A DNA stretch of 64,000 nucleotides from an uncultured Bacteroidales bacterium (GTDB lineage Bacteria > Bacteroidota > Bacteroidia > Bacteroidales > UBA7960): the NCBI GenBank assembly GCA_964614525.1, contig CAZTPA010000005.1, positions 5,089 through 69,088 of the forward strand, given 5' to 3'. Below are positions 10,167 to 20,400 of the stretch, in pieces. Positions within the stretch are counted from its first letter, which is position 1. Every line of letters begins with the position of its first letter. The notes under the pieces are model-generated. The model was not told the origin of the DNA. It made no database searches and saw nothing but the letters and a program-made list of their open reading frames with translations. The position numbers and the translations under genes were made by a program.

Positions 10167-10240
10167 GTCATCCTGAGCGAATGCGAAGGATCTCGTTATT
10201 CCATGCACGTCATCCTGAACGTAAGTGAAGGATCTCGTTA
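10167..10240 (+). repeat. Two tandem 32-bp GTCATCCTGA...GAAGGATCT REP-like repeats
   Basis: 10167-10198 gtcatcctgagcgaatgcgaaggatctcgtta and 10209-10240 gtcatcctgaacgtaagtgaaggatctcgtta, 28/32 identical. Confidence 0.85.
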
Positions 10241-10329
10241 AAACTAGGAAATGCCTGGTTAAAAGCTGCTTTTAAGAAAAAATGGGTATCATATTCATCA
10301 ACTAGATTAAGGTAAAATGCTACTTCGTG

Positions 10330-10405
10330 GTCACCCTGACGGTCGAAATGATGTTAGGGTTCATGATATCCGGAAGCTTCCGAAGGAACTTCCAGCTTCG
10401 GATTA
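10330..10405. repeat. Further REP-like palindromes (GTCACCCTGA...AGGGT and ATCCGGAAGCTT...AGCTTCGGATTA)
   Basis: accctgac/gttagggt stem, then atccggaagcttccgaaggaacttccagcttcggatta. Confidence 0.45.
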
Positions 10406-10455
10406 ATATATACAGAAAATTTTATGAAAGAGAGCTTTTCATAAACAGCAATGCA

Positions 10456-13161
10456 TTACTTTACTGGTTGTTTTATAAGTTTAAACACCTTGGAATTACC
10501 ATTGTTATGGGTAATCTCTATTAAGAATAAGCCATTTTTTAATTGACTTGTGTTAATGCTATTAATTTCATTAATTTCTTTTTCTAAAACAATTTGTCCT
10601 AAAATATTTGAAATTTTAATTGATGCAATATTCTCAGTATTTTCAATAAAAATATTTTCTGAAAAAGGATTTGGGTATATTTCTATATCATCAATAGAAA
10701 TTTCATTTATGTTTACTTGTTCGGTTATGTTTGCTGTAGTTGTAGGTGCATCAACAAGTGACAATAAGTAATTTGCTGATTCAACTCCATCCAGATTTGC
10801 ATCAGCTATAAAGACTAAAATATCCTCGCCCGGCCCTTCAGATTCAAATTCAGCAACAACATCAATTAGAGAAACATCATCATCACTGATGATACCCATC
10901 AGTTCAAGATTATTTTCGTCAATAGTTGCGTCGGTTGTTCCGTCATATTCTTTGTCGAGGACAGTAAAAGACCCATCTATAGAAAGTTCTTTATGATCTA
11001 TTTTTGCCTCAGATGTGGGTGTGTCTGTAAGTGATAATTCATAGTAATCAGAATCACTTCCTGTAATTGTGGCATTAGTTATTTGAACAGTTTTATCAGC
11101 ATATGAGGCATTAGCATCTTCAAATTCTACAATAATTTCATCGAATGAAACATTAGGTAAAGCAGAAACAACTCCATTAAGGCTTAAATTGTTGTTTTCT
11201 ATAGCTGCTGAGGGAGTACCGTCATATTCTTTATCATAAGCAGTAAATGTACCTGCAATTTCTAATTCCTGCTTTGTTGTAGTAAACTGGTAGCTGTTTC
11301 CATATTCAGTGCCTTGAGAGTTAGTGGCGTAAGCTCTTACGTAATAGGTTTCAAGGGGTAGAAGAGAGCTAAGTTCGCTTATAAATTCAGTGGTTCCATC
11401 CTGATATGTGTCAATAGTAAAACCTTCATTGTCGGCAAGGCTGGGATCAGGAGTTGTATTCCATACTACACCAAATTCAGTTACTGTATGCCCTCCGTCT
11501 GCATTTATTTCTCCACCTGAAAGAGCAGAATTACCATCGATATCTGAAACTTCTTTGGTAGAAACAGCTGGAAGTTCAATCATACCACCATCCCATATTG
11601 ACCAGTTATAGTTGTCTATAATATATTGCCTTGCATCTGCTGCATCGCCGGGTGAATATTCACTATCCCAACCTGCATGAAAATCTAAGCCATCTTGCAA
11701 AATTTGTCCTGCCCAGCCTATAAGCAAATTGTTATAAAAAGCTGTAGTTAAATCTACTCCAAAAAGCATACTTGTAACATTACTAACATTGCTCATGTTC
11801 CAGCCTCCAATGTCCTGATTAAAACTTGTGGCTGAATCAAACATACTTTGCATATTGGTGACATTTCCAACATCCCAGCCGGAGATATCCTGATTGAATG
11901 AAACTGCATTGCGAAACATATTTTCCATAGTTTCTACATTACTTACATTCCAATTGCTGATATCCTGGTTAAAATTCAAAGCATTATAAGACATATTTGA
12001 CATACCAGTGCCATTACCAACAATCCAACTTCCTATACCCTGATTAAACTCTTCTGCCTGGTAAAACATATATGCCATATTATTTACATTACTTACATCC
12101 CATGAACTAATATCCTGTTTAAATGACAAAGCGCTTCTGAACATCCACCTCATATTTGTAACATTACTCACATCCCAGTTGCTCAAATCCTGGTTGAATT
12201 CATAAGCATCATTGAACATAAAAGCCATATCTGTGACATTGCTTACATCCCATCCGCTAATATCATGATTGAAAAACAAAACGCCTCTAAACATACTGCC
12301 CATGCTAGTAACATTGCTCACATCCCATCCGCTAATATCCTGATTGAAATTTTCTGCAAAGGAAAATATAGCATTCATATTTGTTACATTCTCTACATTC
12401 CATCCGCTGATATCCTGATTAAATATGCCACAATGACGAAACAAAAATCCCATATCAGTAACATTGCTAACATCCCATCCACCAATGTCTTGGTTAAAAG
12501 ATATTGCTTCATAAAACATACTATACATATCTGTAACATTACTAACATTCCATCCTCCAATATCCTGGTTAAAGTTGGTAGCATATGCAAACATAGATGC
12601 CATAGTAGTTACGTTTTCTACATTCCACCCTGAGATATCGCCATTAAAAGACGATGCATTCCTGAACATTGCAGTCATATTGATTACATTGCTAACATCC
12701 CATCCTCCAATATCCTGGTTAAAAGATGATGCACCATTAAACATAAATTTAGTATTTGTAACTGTTGATGGAATTTCCGATGGTACTTCAATTAGATTTA
12801 TTGCATCACGAAAAGCTCCTGAGAGATTTATCAGTTCTATATTTCCAAAAGTTGTAACCCTTAGGAGTTTGTCAGCATTATCATAAGTTTGATAATTATT
12901 TCCAAAAGCCTGAAATGAGCCTTCTATACTTACATTGTACAAATCATCGACGGCATAAGTATGTGTAATATCTTGATTAGTAGTAAAGGTTTCAACATTG
13001 CCATCACCCCAGTCTACTGTAATTTCTGTTATTCCGTTTAACGGTAATGTTATTTGTGTCCCTGCGGAGAGATTAGTGTCAAATTCAAGTTCCATTGGTT
13101 GTGAAAAAATGTATGTATTATACATTAATAAAGCTGCAATAAAAAGTAATGCTTTTTTCAT
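10456..13161 (-). CDS. BspA-like/DUF285 repeat surface protein with FN3-like and YDG domains and T9SS C-terminal sorting domain
   Basis: Signal peptide; 13 x 25-aa MF..A..FNQDI.GW.VSNV..M repeats; YYVRAYATN FN3-like domain; two DKEYDGT repeats; IYPNP...KLIK T9SS CTD. Confidence 0.9.
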   Translation of the reverse strand: MKKALLFIAALLMYNTYIFSQPMELEFDTNLSAGTQITLPLNGITEITVDWGDGNVETFTTNQDITHTYAVDDLYNVSIEGSFQAFGNNYQTYDNADKLLRVTTFGNIELINLSGAFRDAINLIEVPSEIPSTVTNTKFMFNGASSFNQDIGGWDVSNVINMTAMFRNASSFNGDISGWNVENVTTMASMFAYATNFNQDIGGWNVSNVTDMYSMFYEAISFNQDIGGWDVSNVTDMGFLFRHCGIFNQDISGWNVENVTNMNAIFSFAENFNQDISGWDVSNVTSMGSMFRGVLFFNHDISGWDVSNVTDMAFMFNDAYEFNQDLSNWDVSNVTNMRWMFRSALSFKQDISSWDVSNVNNMAYMFYQAEEFNQGIGSWIVGNGTGMSNMSYNALNFNQDISNWNVSNVETMENMFRNAVSFNQDISGWDVGNVTNMQSMFDSATSFNQDIGGWNMSNVSNVTSMLFGVDLTTAFYNNLLIGWAGQILQDGLDFHAGWDSEYSPGDAADARQYIIDNYNWSIWDGGMIELPAVSTKEVSDIDGNSALSGGEINADGGHTVTEFGVVWNTTPDPSLADNEGFTIDTYQDGTTEFISELSSLLPLETYYVRAYATNSQGTEYGNSYQFTTTKQELEIAGTFTAYDKEYDGTPSAAIENNNLSLNGVVSALPNVSFDEIIVEFEDANASYADKTVQITNATITGSDSDYYELSLTDTPTSEAKIDHKELSIDGSFTVLDKEYDGTTDATIDENNLELMGIISDDDVSLIDVVAEFESEGPGEDILVFIADANLDGVESANYLLSLVDAPTTTANITEQVNINEISIDDIEIYPNPFSENIFIENTENIASIKISNILGQIVLEKEINEINSINTSQLKNGLFLIEITHNNGNSKVFKLIKQPVK
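11770..12744 (-). repeat. 13 in-frame 75-bp tandem repeats (DUF285-type)
   Basis: Recurring acatcccatcc..aatatcctg.ttaaa units; 13 units of 25 codons counted in the translation. Confidence 0.9.
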
Positions 13162-13437
13162 AATGTTTTGGTTTAATATTTTTAAAATAATGACAAATGT
13201 CTTCTTTTGTTGAGTTATAGCTTAATTTGGAATATGCCGATGATTGGTTTATTTATTTAGATTAAACATTAAAAATACGCATTATAATTTAAAAAAAGCT
13301 AATTCTGCTTAAATGAATTAGGATATAATATCTTATAAAAAGAATTAATAGCCCTATAGCAAGTATTTAAGAAGTTTTGAAGATTATTAAAAAAGCTTTG
13401 ATAATAGCATTATCAAAAATATTAAGCAGGACGGAAA

Positions 13438-16400
13438 TTATTTTTCATAGCTTAAATCTGTAAAACCAATAGTTGTGTCAATATAGCGAGAAGCATAAAT
13501 GGCATCATATATTGCTTGATTGATATTAGTGCGAATATCTAATTCGACAATTATTCTGTTATTCGAATTGGGGAAAGTTCTGTTTGAGAGAAAAACGTAA
13601 ACCAGGTTTTCATCAGGGTCAACCCATGTGTAGGTGCCTGTAAAACCGCTATGGCCAAAACTATTTATTGATGCACTTTCACATGCGGGGCTTGACTCGT
13701 CAAGATTTATATTTGGTTTGTCAAAACCCAATGCTCTTCGATTTTTATTTCCGGCAAATTGTACCCTGGTAAACTCCTTAATAGTTTCCGGCATAATATA
13801 TTGCGTGCCACCATAATTGCCACTTCTATTAATCATTTCCATTAATATCGCCAGATTTATTGCATTTCCAAACAATCCTGCATGGCCGGAAACACCTCCT
13901 AGCATAGCAGCTGCAGGATCATTTACGTATCCTCTTACTATCTGTTTTCTAAATAAGGTATCATTTTCGCTAGGAATAATTCTTGATTCATCAAAGTTTT
14001 TCAAAGGATGAAAACCAAATGTCCTAAGTCCAATAGAAGAGTAAAAGTTATTTTGAGCAAATCGGTCAATACTTTCACCGGTAATAGAATCTATTAGTTC
14101 TGCCATCATAATAAATCCCAAATCACTATAAACATATCTTTTTCTTTCCAATAGTGGTGTATCTTTTATGATTTGAAAAATAGAATCTTTAAAATCTTTA
14201 TGGATATAAAGATTTTTTGCTACTTCAACTGGATAATCTTCGGAGTAATGAGGTTGATAAATTTCACTGCTTGGCATATTATTTTCCAGAGTGTTTATAT
14301 AAAAAGGAATCCAGGATTTCAGCATAGCTTGGTGTGCAAGTATTTCCCTTATTTTTAAACCTTCAAAATTAGTGCCTTTAAGACTTTTTATATAAGTATC
14401 AAGTGTTTTGTCTATTTCTAATTTATTCTCATCAACCAATTTCATAATACTAAGAGTAGTTGCAGCAATCTTAGTAATAGATGCCAGGTCATATATGTCA
14501 GAATTTCTCACAATTCTTTTTTTATCATAGGTATGATAACCGAATGATTTCTTGTAAATAACAGCACCATTTTTAATAATCGCTATTTGGCAGCCGGGAA
14601 ACGCTTCTTTTTCAATTCCGGTAAAGACAATTGAATCTATTCTATTTAGTTTTTCAGAATTAATCCCCACTTCTTCAGAAATTCCAAATCTGACTCTGAA
14701 ATTTGCAGGCGTTTTTATTCCTGAATAAGTAGGGAAGTAGGGCGGAACAGAAACAGGAAGTCTTCCTTTTGCAGGTATGCCGCCAAATACTAATTGAGCA
14801 GATGCTTCTTCAAATAATTTTCCATCCTGGTATGAAATTATTATTGCAGATAATTCTGAAATCGTTTTCTTATCTAAATATTCAATGGCATAAGGGTTAG
14901 CAAAGAGATTTAATATAGTATTGGCTTGAGATGATATTTCTTTGATAATTTTTATTGTTTGATCGCTTATTCCATATTTTCGGCCAACAGACATACTGTT
15001 ATTATGAACAGATACAATTACAATATCGTATGTCTTTAATTCATTCACGATATTACTGATTTGTAAATCTGTTGGATTTTTATCTATACTGAATAATGAA
15101 ACATCAGAATAATTGCACAACATTGCCTGAAAAGGATTTTCCTTTGCACTTCCAATTGAAAGACTTGCAATCTTTTTTATACCAATGTCTTTAACAGGCA
15201 AAATCTCATTGTCATTTTTAATAAGTGTTATCGATGATTGAACAAGTCTTCTGTTTAATACTTCAGCTCTTTTTGAATTCAGATCCTGATAAAGATTTTT
15301 TGTTGATTTTGGTTTGTAGTTATTAAGGCCAACTGCAAGCTTATAATAGAGTACTTTTTTTACTTTCTGTTCAAGATATTTTTCAGATAAATCTCCTTTT
15401 TTTAAAGCATCAGCAATTACCTTTATTGAAGCATCTACATCCTGGGGAAGTAATAAAATGTCATTTCCTGCTTTAAGGGCTGCAAGTTCAAGTTCTCCCG
15501 GTTTGTAATAATCGCTTACACCTTTCATATCAAGTGCATCAGTAATAACAAGTCCTTTAAATCCTAAATCATTTTGCAGTAAATCGTGTACGATTTTTGA
15601 TGAAAGGGTAGAAGGGATGTTTTTTCTGTTGTCAAGTGCAGGAATATTAAGGTGAGCAACCATTACAGATAAAAGTCCGTTGTTTATTAATTGTTTGAAA
15701 GGATAAAGATGTATCGAATCAATAACTTCATATGGATGATTAATTACAGGTAAAGTATAATGAGAATCGGAGTCGGTGTCGCCATGTCCCGGGAAATGTT
15801 TGGCACAGGCAATTATTCCTGCATCTTGCATTCCTTGCATGTATGCTAAGCCTTTTCTGGCAACATTATACCTGCATTCTCCAAATGAGCGAATATTTAT
15901 AACAGGATTTTGCGGATTGTTGTTTACATCAATTACCGGTGCAAAATTAATATGCACTCCCAATCGTCTGGCTTGAAATCCAATTTCCATTCCCATTTCA
16001 TAAATATGTCTTTCTCCTCTAATTGCGCCAAGTGTCATTTGTCGTGGAAAAGTAACAGTGCTGTCTAATCGCATTGACAAACCCCACTCAGCATCCATTG
16101 CAATTAACATGGGAGTTTGAGCCTCATTTTGGAGGTGATTTGTTAATTGCACTTGCCTCTCAGGTCCGCCTCTAAAAAATGCCAGTCCGCCAATATTATG
16201 TTTCTTTACAATATCTTCAATTTTTTTGTAATAGTCATCATGTTGATCTGTATGAACCCTTATCATTAGTAATTGGGCTATTCTTTGCTCAATACTTAAG
16301 GATTTATAAACAGAGTCAGCCCAGTCTGCATTAAACATGGAATAAGAATCCAATGATAATTCTCCGCTATCGTAATTATTTGATATTGAATTTGTTGAAT

Positions 16401-16482
16401 TTGAGGGGGCAAATGCTAAATTGCAAATAAATATAGTTGAGAATATAAAAACAGAGACAAAAAGAAATATATATTTTCTCAT
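13438..16482 (-). CDS. GH3 beta-N-acetylglucosaminidase (NagZ-type) fused to a beta-lactamase-family serine hydrolase
   Basis: KHFPGHGDTDSDSH and ITDALDM (GH3); DLASITK (SxxK), YSDLGF, HAGLF, FGHSGFTG (beta-lactamase family); signal peptide; TATCTTTG box at 16594-16601. Confidence 0.92.
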   Translation of the reverse strand: MRKYIFLFVSVFIFSTIFICNLAFAPSNSTNSISNNYDSGELSLDSYSMFNADWADSVYKSLSIEQRIAQLLMIRVHTDQHDDYYKKIEDIVKKHNIGGLAFFRGGPERQVQLTNHLQNEAQTPMLIAMDAEWGLSMRLDSTVTFPRQMTLGAIRGERHIYEMGMEIGFQARRLGVHINFAPVIDVNNNPQNPVINIRSFGECRYNVARKGLAYMQGMQDAGIIACAKHFPGHGDTDSDSHYTLPVINHPYEVIDSIHLYPFKQLINNGLLSVMVAHLNIPALDNRKNIPSTLSSKIVHDLLQNDLGFKGLVITDALDMKGVSDYYKPGELELAALKAGNDILLLPQDVDASIKVIADALKKGDLSEKYLEQKVKKVLYYKLAVGLNNYKPKSTKNLYQDLNSKRAEVLNRRLVQSSITLIKNDNEILPVKDIGIKKIASLSIGSAKENPFQAMLCNYSDVSLFSIDKNPTDLQISNIVNELKTYDIVIVSVHNNSMSVGRKYGISDQTIKIIKEISSQANTILNLFANPYAIEYLDKKTISELSAIIISYQDGKLFEEASAQLVFGGIPAKGRLPVSVPPYFPTYSGIKTPANFRVRFGISEEVGINSEKLNRIDSIVFTGIEKEAFPGCQIAIIKNGAVIYKKSFGYHTYDKKRIVRNSDIYDLASITKIAATTLSIMKLVDENKLEIDKTLDTYIKSLKGTNFEGLKIREILAHQAMLKSWIPFYINTLENNMPSSEIYQPHYSEDYPVEVAKNLYIHKDFKDSIFQIIKDTPLLERKRYVYSDLGFIMMAELIDSITGESIDRFAQNNFYSSIGLRTFGFHPLKNFDESRIIPSENDTLFRKQIVRGYVNDPAAAMLGGVSGHAGLFGNAINLAILMEMINRSGNYGGTQYIMPETIKEFTRVQFAGNKNRRALGFDKPNINLDESSPACESASINSFGHSGFTGTYTWVDPDENLVYVFLSNRTFPNSNNRIIVELDIRTNINQAIYDAIYASRYIDTTIGFTDLSYEK

Positions 16483-16611
16483 ATAAGAAGAAATTAAGCT
16501 GTAATTATTTTTAAGTAATTTTTATTCATATAAGCAATTATCAAATCTAAAAGATCTCAAAAAAAATCTGTAAAAGTTGATAATTGCTGATTGCAAAGAT
16601 ACAAAATAAGC

Positions 16612-17382
16612 TTAAAATCTCTTTATTAAACGCAACTTGTGTGTGTATTTTTTCAGTTCTTTAGAGAAAATTCCGTTATGATCTATAAGGTCGGTTCTTA
16701 CTTTGCCATGAGCATGTATAATGTGATGTTCGTCAATAATCATTCCTACATGATTTATATTGCCTTCCTCATCATCAAAAAAGCACAGATCACCTGTTTG
16801 CACTTCATTAATTAAATGAACAGATGATCCTTGGTGTGCCTGCAAAGATGAATCTCTTGGGATAATACAACCTGTCATCTTATATGCCAGTTGCACCAGA
16901 GCGCTGCAGTCAATTCCAAAAGCAGAGCGACCACCCCACATATAGGGGGAATTGAGAAACAAAAGTGCATAATTTGCTGCATCTGAAGGCTTTTTATTTA
17001 TAAGGCATAAGTTTCCGTTATATCTGTATTTCTCGCCCAATATCGTCAGATTTTCATGATCATTTCCATACATACTACAGCCGGCACTAATAGGAAAGCT
17101 ATTGCCTGTAGTTTCGTTTGTCATAATCTGTATCAAATCACCGCTAATCATTACAGCTTGATATACAAAGTCATTATAACTTTCCTTGCTGATAAGTTTT
17201 ACCTGGTTTGACGCTATCCACCCTGTATACTCATCAAATTTCATTTTAATAAGCAGCCATTCTTCTTTTTTATCAAGAACTTCAAAAATATCTCCAAAAA
17301 GCAGTTGAGATACCATCTGACTTTTGTAAGAAGCTTCTTCTCTAAGAGCAGCTATACTGTTAAGACAAATTCCGTATTGCAT
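16612..17382 (-). CDS. NlpC/P60 (C40) peptidase with N-terminal SH3-like domain, YkfC-like
   Basis: PYMWGGRSAFGIDCS, HVG, HAHG; N-terminal VSQLLFGD...DEYTGW; no signal peptide. Confidence 0.9.
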   Translation of the reverse strand: MQYGICLNSIAALREEASYKSQMVSQLLFGDIFEVLDKKEEWLLIKMKFDEYTGWIASNQVKLISKESYNDFVYQAVMISGDLIQIMTNETTGNSFPISAGCSMYGNDHENLTILGEKYRYNGNLCLINKKPSDAANYALLFLNSPYMWGGRSAFGIDCSALVQLAYKMTGCIIPRDSSLQAHQGSSVHLINEVQTGDLCFFDDEEGNINHVGMIIDEHHIIHAHGKVRTDLIDHNGIFSKELKKYTHKLRLIKRF

Positions 17383-17402
17383 ATTTATTTCTTTTTCAAG
17401 TA

Positions 17403-20400
17403 TTATTTAATCACTTTTATCCATCTTCCTTCAGAAGTGGCATATATTGAAGAATCATACATAGCTTCAACATTATATGCCGGCAGGTAAAATTCTCCTT
17501 CGTAAGTTGCGATAAGCATTATTCTAAAGGTTTTTGATTTGTTTGCCGGTAAATCAAAATATGTATATACTCTATCATCTCTGATATCCTGATATTCTGG
17601 AACATCTCCCTGTATTGCATCTGCGGAGGCATCCATTCTTGCATTTGATATTTCCCATCCTGAGGGAAATATTTGTGTTAGTGCCAGTTGCGAATAATCT
17701 CTTCCTGTGCCGGGATTTCCGATTGTTATTTCAGCAATGAAGGAAGTTCCCTGTTCAAGCTTAGAAACATTTATCGGGTTGCCTTTTGTGTCTGTATATG
17801 ATACATTCATTGTAAGATTACTTTGCGAAGCCTTTTCTTCACCTGCAGAAGGAGTTCCTGTCACTATTGTTCTACCGAACAGAGTATTGTCAGAATTATT
17901 TTTTAGCGTTAAAGGTATTTCCTTATCAATATCACTAACAGATAAGTCTGTTTGCCATATTAATGCTTCAGTTATTTCCTGTTTTTCTTTTCCTTGATTT
18001 ACTTTCCACGAAAAATCAATAGTTGAAGAGGCTTGTTTTTCACCATGAAACTTAGATATTGCCAGTAAAGCGAATGAAGTTGTTTGAGTACTATAACTGT
18101 ACGGAGAAGCCATTTCTTCAGAAAGTTTTTTAACCAAAGGTGCTGCATCACTTTTTTTGTCAAGCAGTGTCAAGGTTTCAATAATCATTGCCTGATCTCT
18201 TTGATTAGAACCATAGGTATAGCCTGTTTGATTGTATGGTTCAATGCTTTTTGACACATTCTCAATGAGATTAAGTGCGGCTTCGGTTTGTCCTGCAAGA
18301 TAATATGCTGCAGCCAGTCTCCACTTTGCAGGATTACTTAAATTAGGCATTTCCCTCATTCTGTTCATTGCGCCTAATTCCGGAGCTCCACTAAGAGCAA
18401 GTGTATATAAACGGTAAGCCTGCATTAAGTGAGATCCCATAAAAGTAGTTTCAGGCATCCATCTTTTAGCTATTTGTTTCTGAAAACTTCGCCAATTACT
18501 TATAAATCCATCAGGGATAGCATAGCCTTTCTCATTTGCCTCAAGCATGAAATGTCCCGCGTAAGAACTTGTCCAGTCGTCAGCATAGCTGCTTCCCGGC
18601 CATAAGGCAATTCCACCGTTGCTTATCATACGTGAATTAATTCTATTTATCACAGATTGAACATTTTCCTTAATCTTGTTTTGCTGACTTTCATCAAGAT
18701 GTACCAGATTGCTTAAAAATAATTGAGGGAAAGCACCTGATACTATCTGCTCTGAGCATCCATGAGGATAACGTGTTAGAAACTTTAATCGCTTTTCAAG
18801 ATTAAGAGGTGGAATTGAGGAAATTTCCAATGTAGCTTTGTTTGTTCCTTCAATACCAAAAAGTTTGTATTGTGTTTCAACCGATTGCTTTGGTTCAATT
18901 GTAAATGGAACAACTTCTGTAATTTCGGGATTCGGGTTTCTAACATAAAGTTCAATATCAAATTCAGCTTTATGATTACCACTTGTTGCTGTAATGGAAA
19001 CTTTTGCTGCTCCGGTTTTTTCTGCAGTCTTTATATCAAAATATGCAGTTTTATCTTCTTCCCCGGAAATACTTATCTTTTGAGTTTTGCCGCCCTGAAC
19101 CATTAAAAGATCATTTGTTGAAATACTTAAATCAACATTTGTGATACTTTCGTCGGAAGCAAATATATTCACAGGAAGTTTTACGCTTTCTCCCGGCCCA
19201 AGCACTCTTGGGAGGGTTCCCAGTATCATCAAAGCTTGTTTTACTGCAACAGTTTTTTCTGATGATCCATATGCTCCATTTTGGCCTGCTATCACCATAG
19301 TTCTCACAGAGCCAACATATTGTGGCATTGTAAAGCTATGTTGATTAGATTTTCCTTTCTCTATTTCATAGGGCCCGAAGTATTTTACAACAGGCTTAAA
19401 TCTTGTAACTCTTTCGCCTGCAATTGGTTTTTCAAATTCGTCATCACCGCCAATACTAAGTAGTCTTGCAAATTCACTACCAAAAGCACCAAGCACATAA
19501 TCATACATATCCCATGATTTAACACCCAGAGCTTCTTTAGCAAAGAAATGTTTCCAGGGATCAGGAGTTGCAAATCTTGTTAGATCAAGCAGGCCTTCAT
19601 CAACCATAGCAAGAGTATAAGTCATTGCTTTCCCGTTTTCTTCACTTATATGAATATTTACCATTTCACCGGGGCTCAAACTTTCCTGCATATTAATAAC
19701 AGGATTAAGTTTCGAGTTGGGGTCTTCAACATTAATAGGCACAACTCCGTATAATCTTATAGGAAGATCATTTACTGTTTGCGCATGAGGTTGAAGTAAG
19801 CTTATATGTGCGTATATATTTGGAGCCATATCTGCTGTGGCCTTAATTGAGAAGTTTGTGTTTCCTGCCCGGCTTTCAATCCACATTGTTTTGAAAACTC
19901 CTGTGCCGTTTTCAAGGCTGACCAATGCTCTTCCACCTTCTGATGATGGGAAAGAAAATTTAATTTCTTCACCGCTTTGGTAAGTATCTTTGTCAGTAGT
20001 AAAGCTAAGCATATTAGCAGCAAGCTGTCGCCCGCCATCTTTTGAGCCATACCACGACGGCCAGTCAATTAATACTGTACTCCCGGTGCGGTGTCCGCTT
20101 TTTAAGTCAGTAACCAAAATTAGATATCTGCCCCATTCGGGATAATCAATTTGGAAAGGATAACTTGCTTTCCCATCAATAGCATTAATCGTTTGAGTTT
20201 GAACAGGACGGTTATAACTGCTACTTGAGAAATCTCCCATATATTCATCTGAAGAGTCCCACCACCAGCGCCAGTTTAATTTATAAACATCAACTTTCAA
20301 TTTTGAGTTTTTGATAAGATTACCTTCAGAATCAAGGTTTACAATATCAATATTATGAACGGAATCTGTGTATAATAAACCTGAGTATTTTTCACCTTCA

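Noticed and set aside
9978-10208. 76-aa ORF (MHGITRSFAFAQDD...) and the 65-aa ORF at 10327-10524
   Set aside because: Translations of the palindromic repeats with no protein-like features
10167-10240. Possible CRISPR array (32-bp repeats)
   Set aside because: Only two copies, a 10-bp gap, four mismatches and no cas genes; fits REP-like hairpins
11770-12744. 75-bp repeats as CRISPR or DGR template/variable region
   Set aside because: They are in-frame coding repeats without spacers; no reverse transcriptase and no adenine-specific TR/VR pair was seen
13438-14760. Antibiotic-resistance beta-lactamase
   Set aside because: The SxxK domain is fused to GH3, an architecture that fits cell-wall or glycan hydrolysis better than resistance
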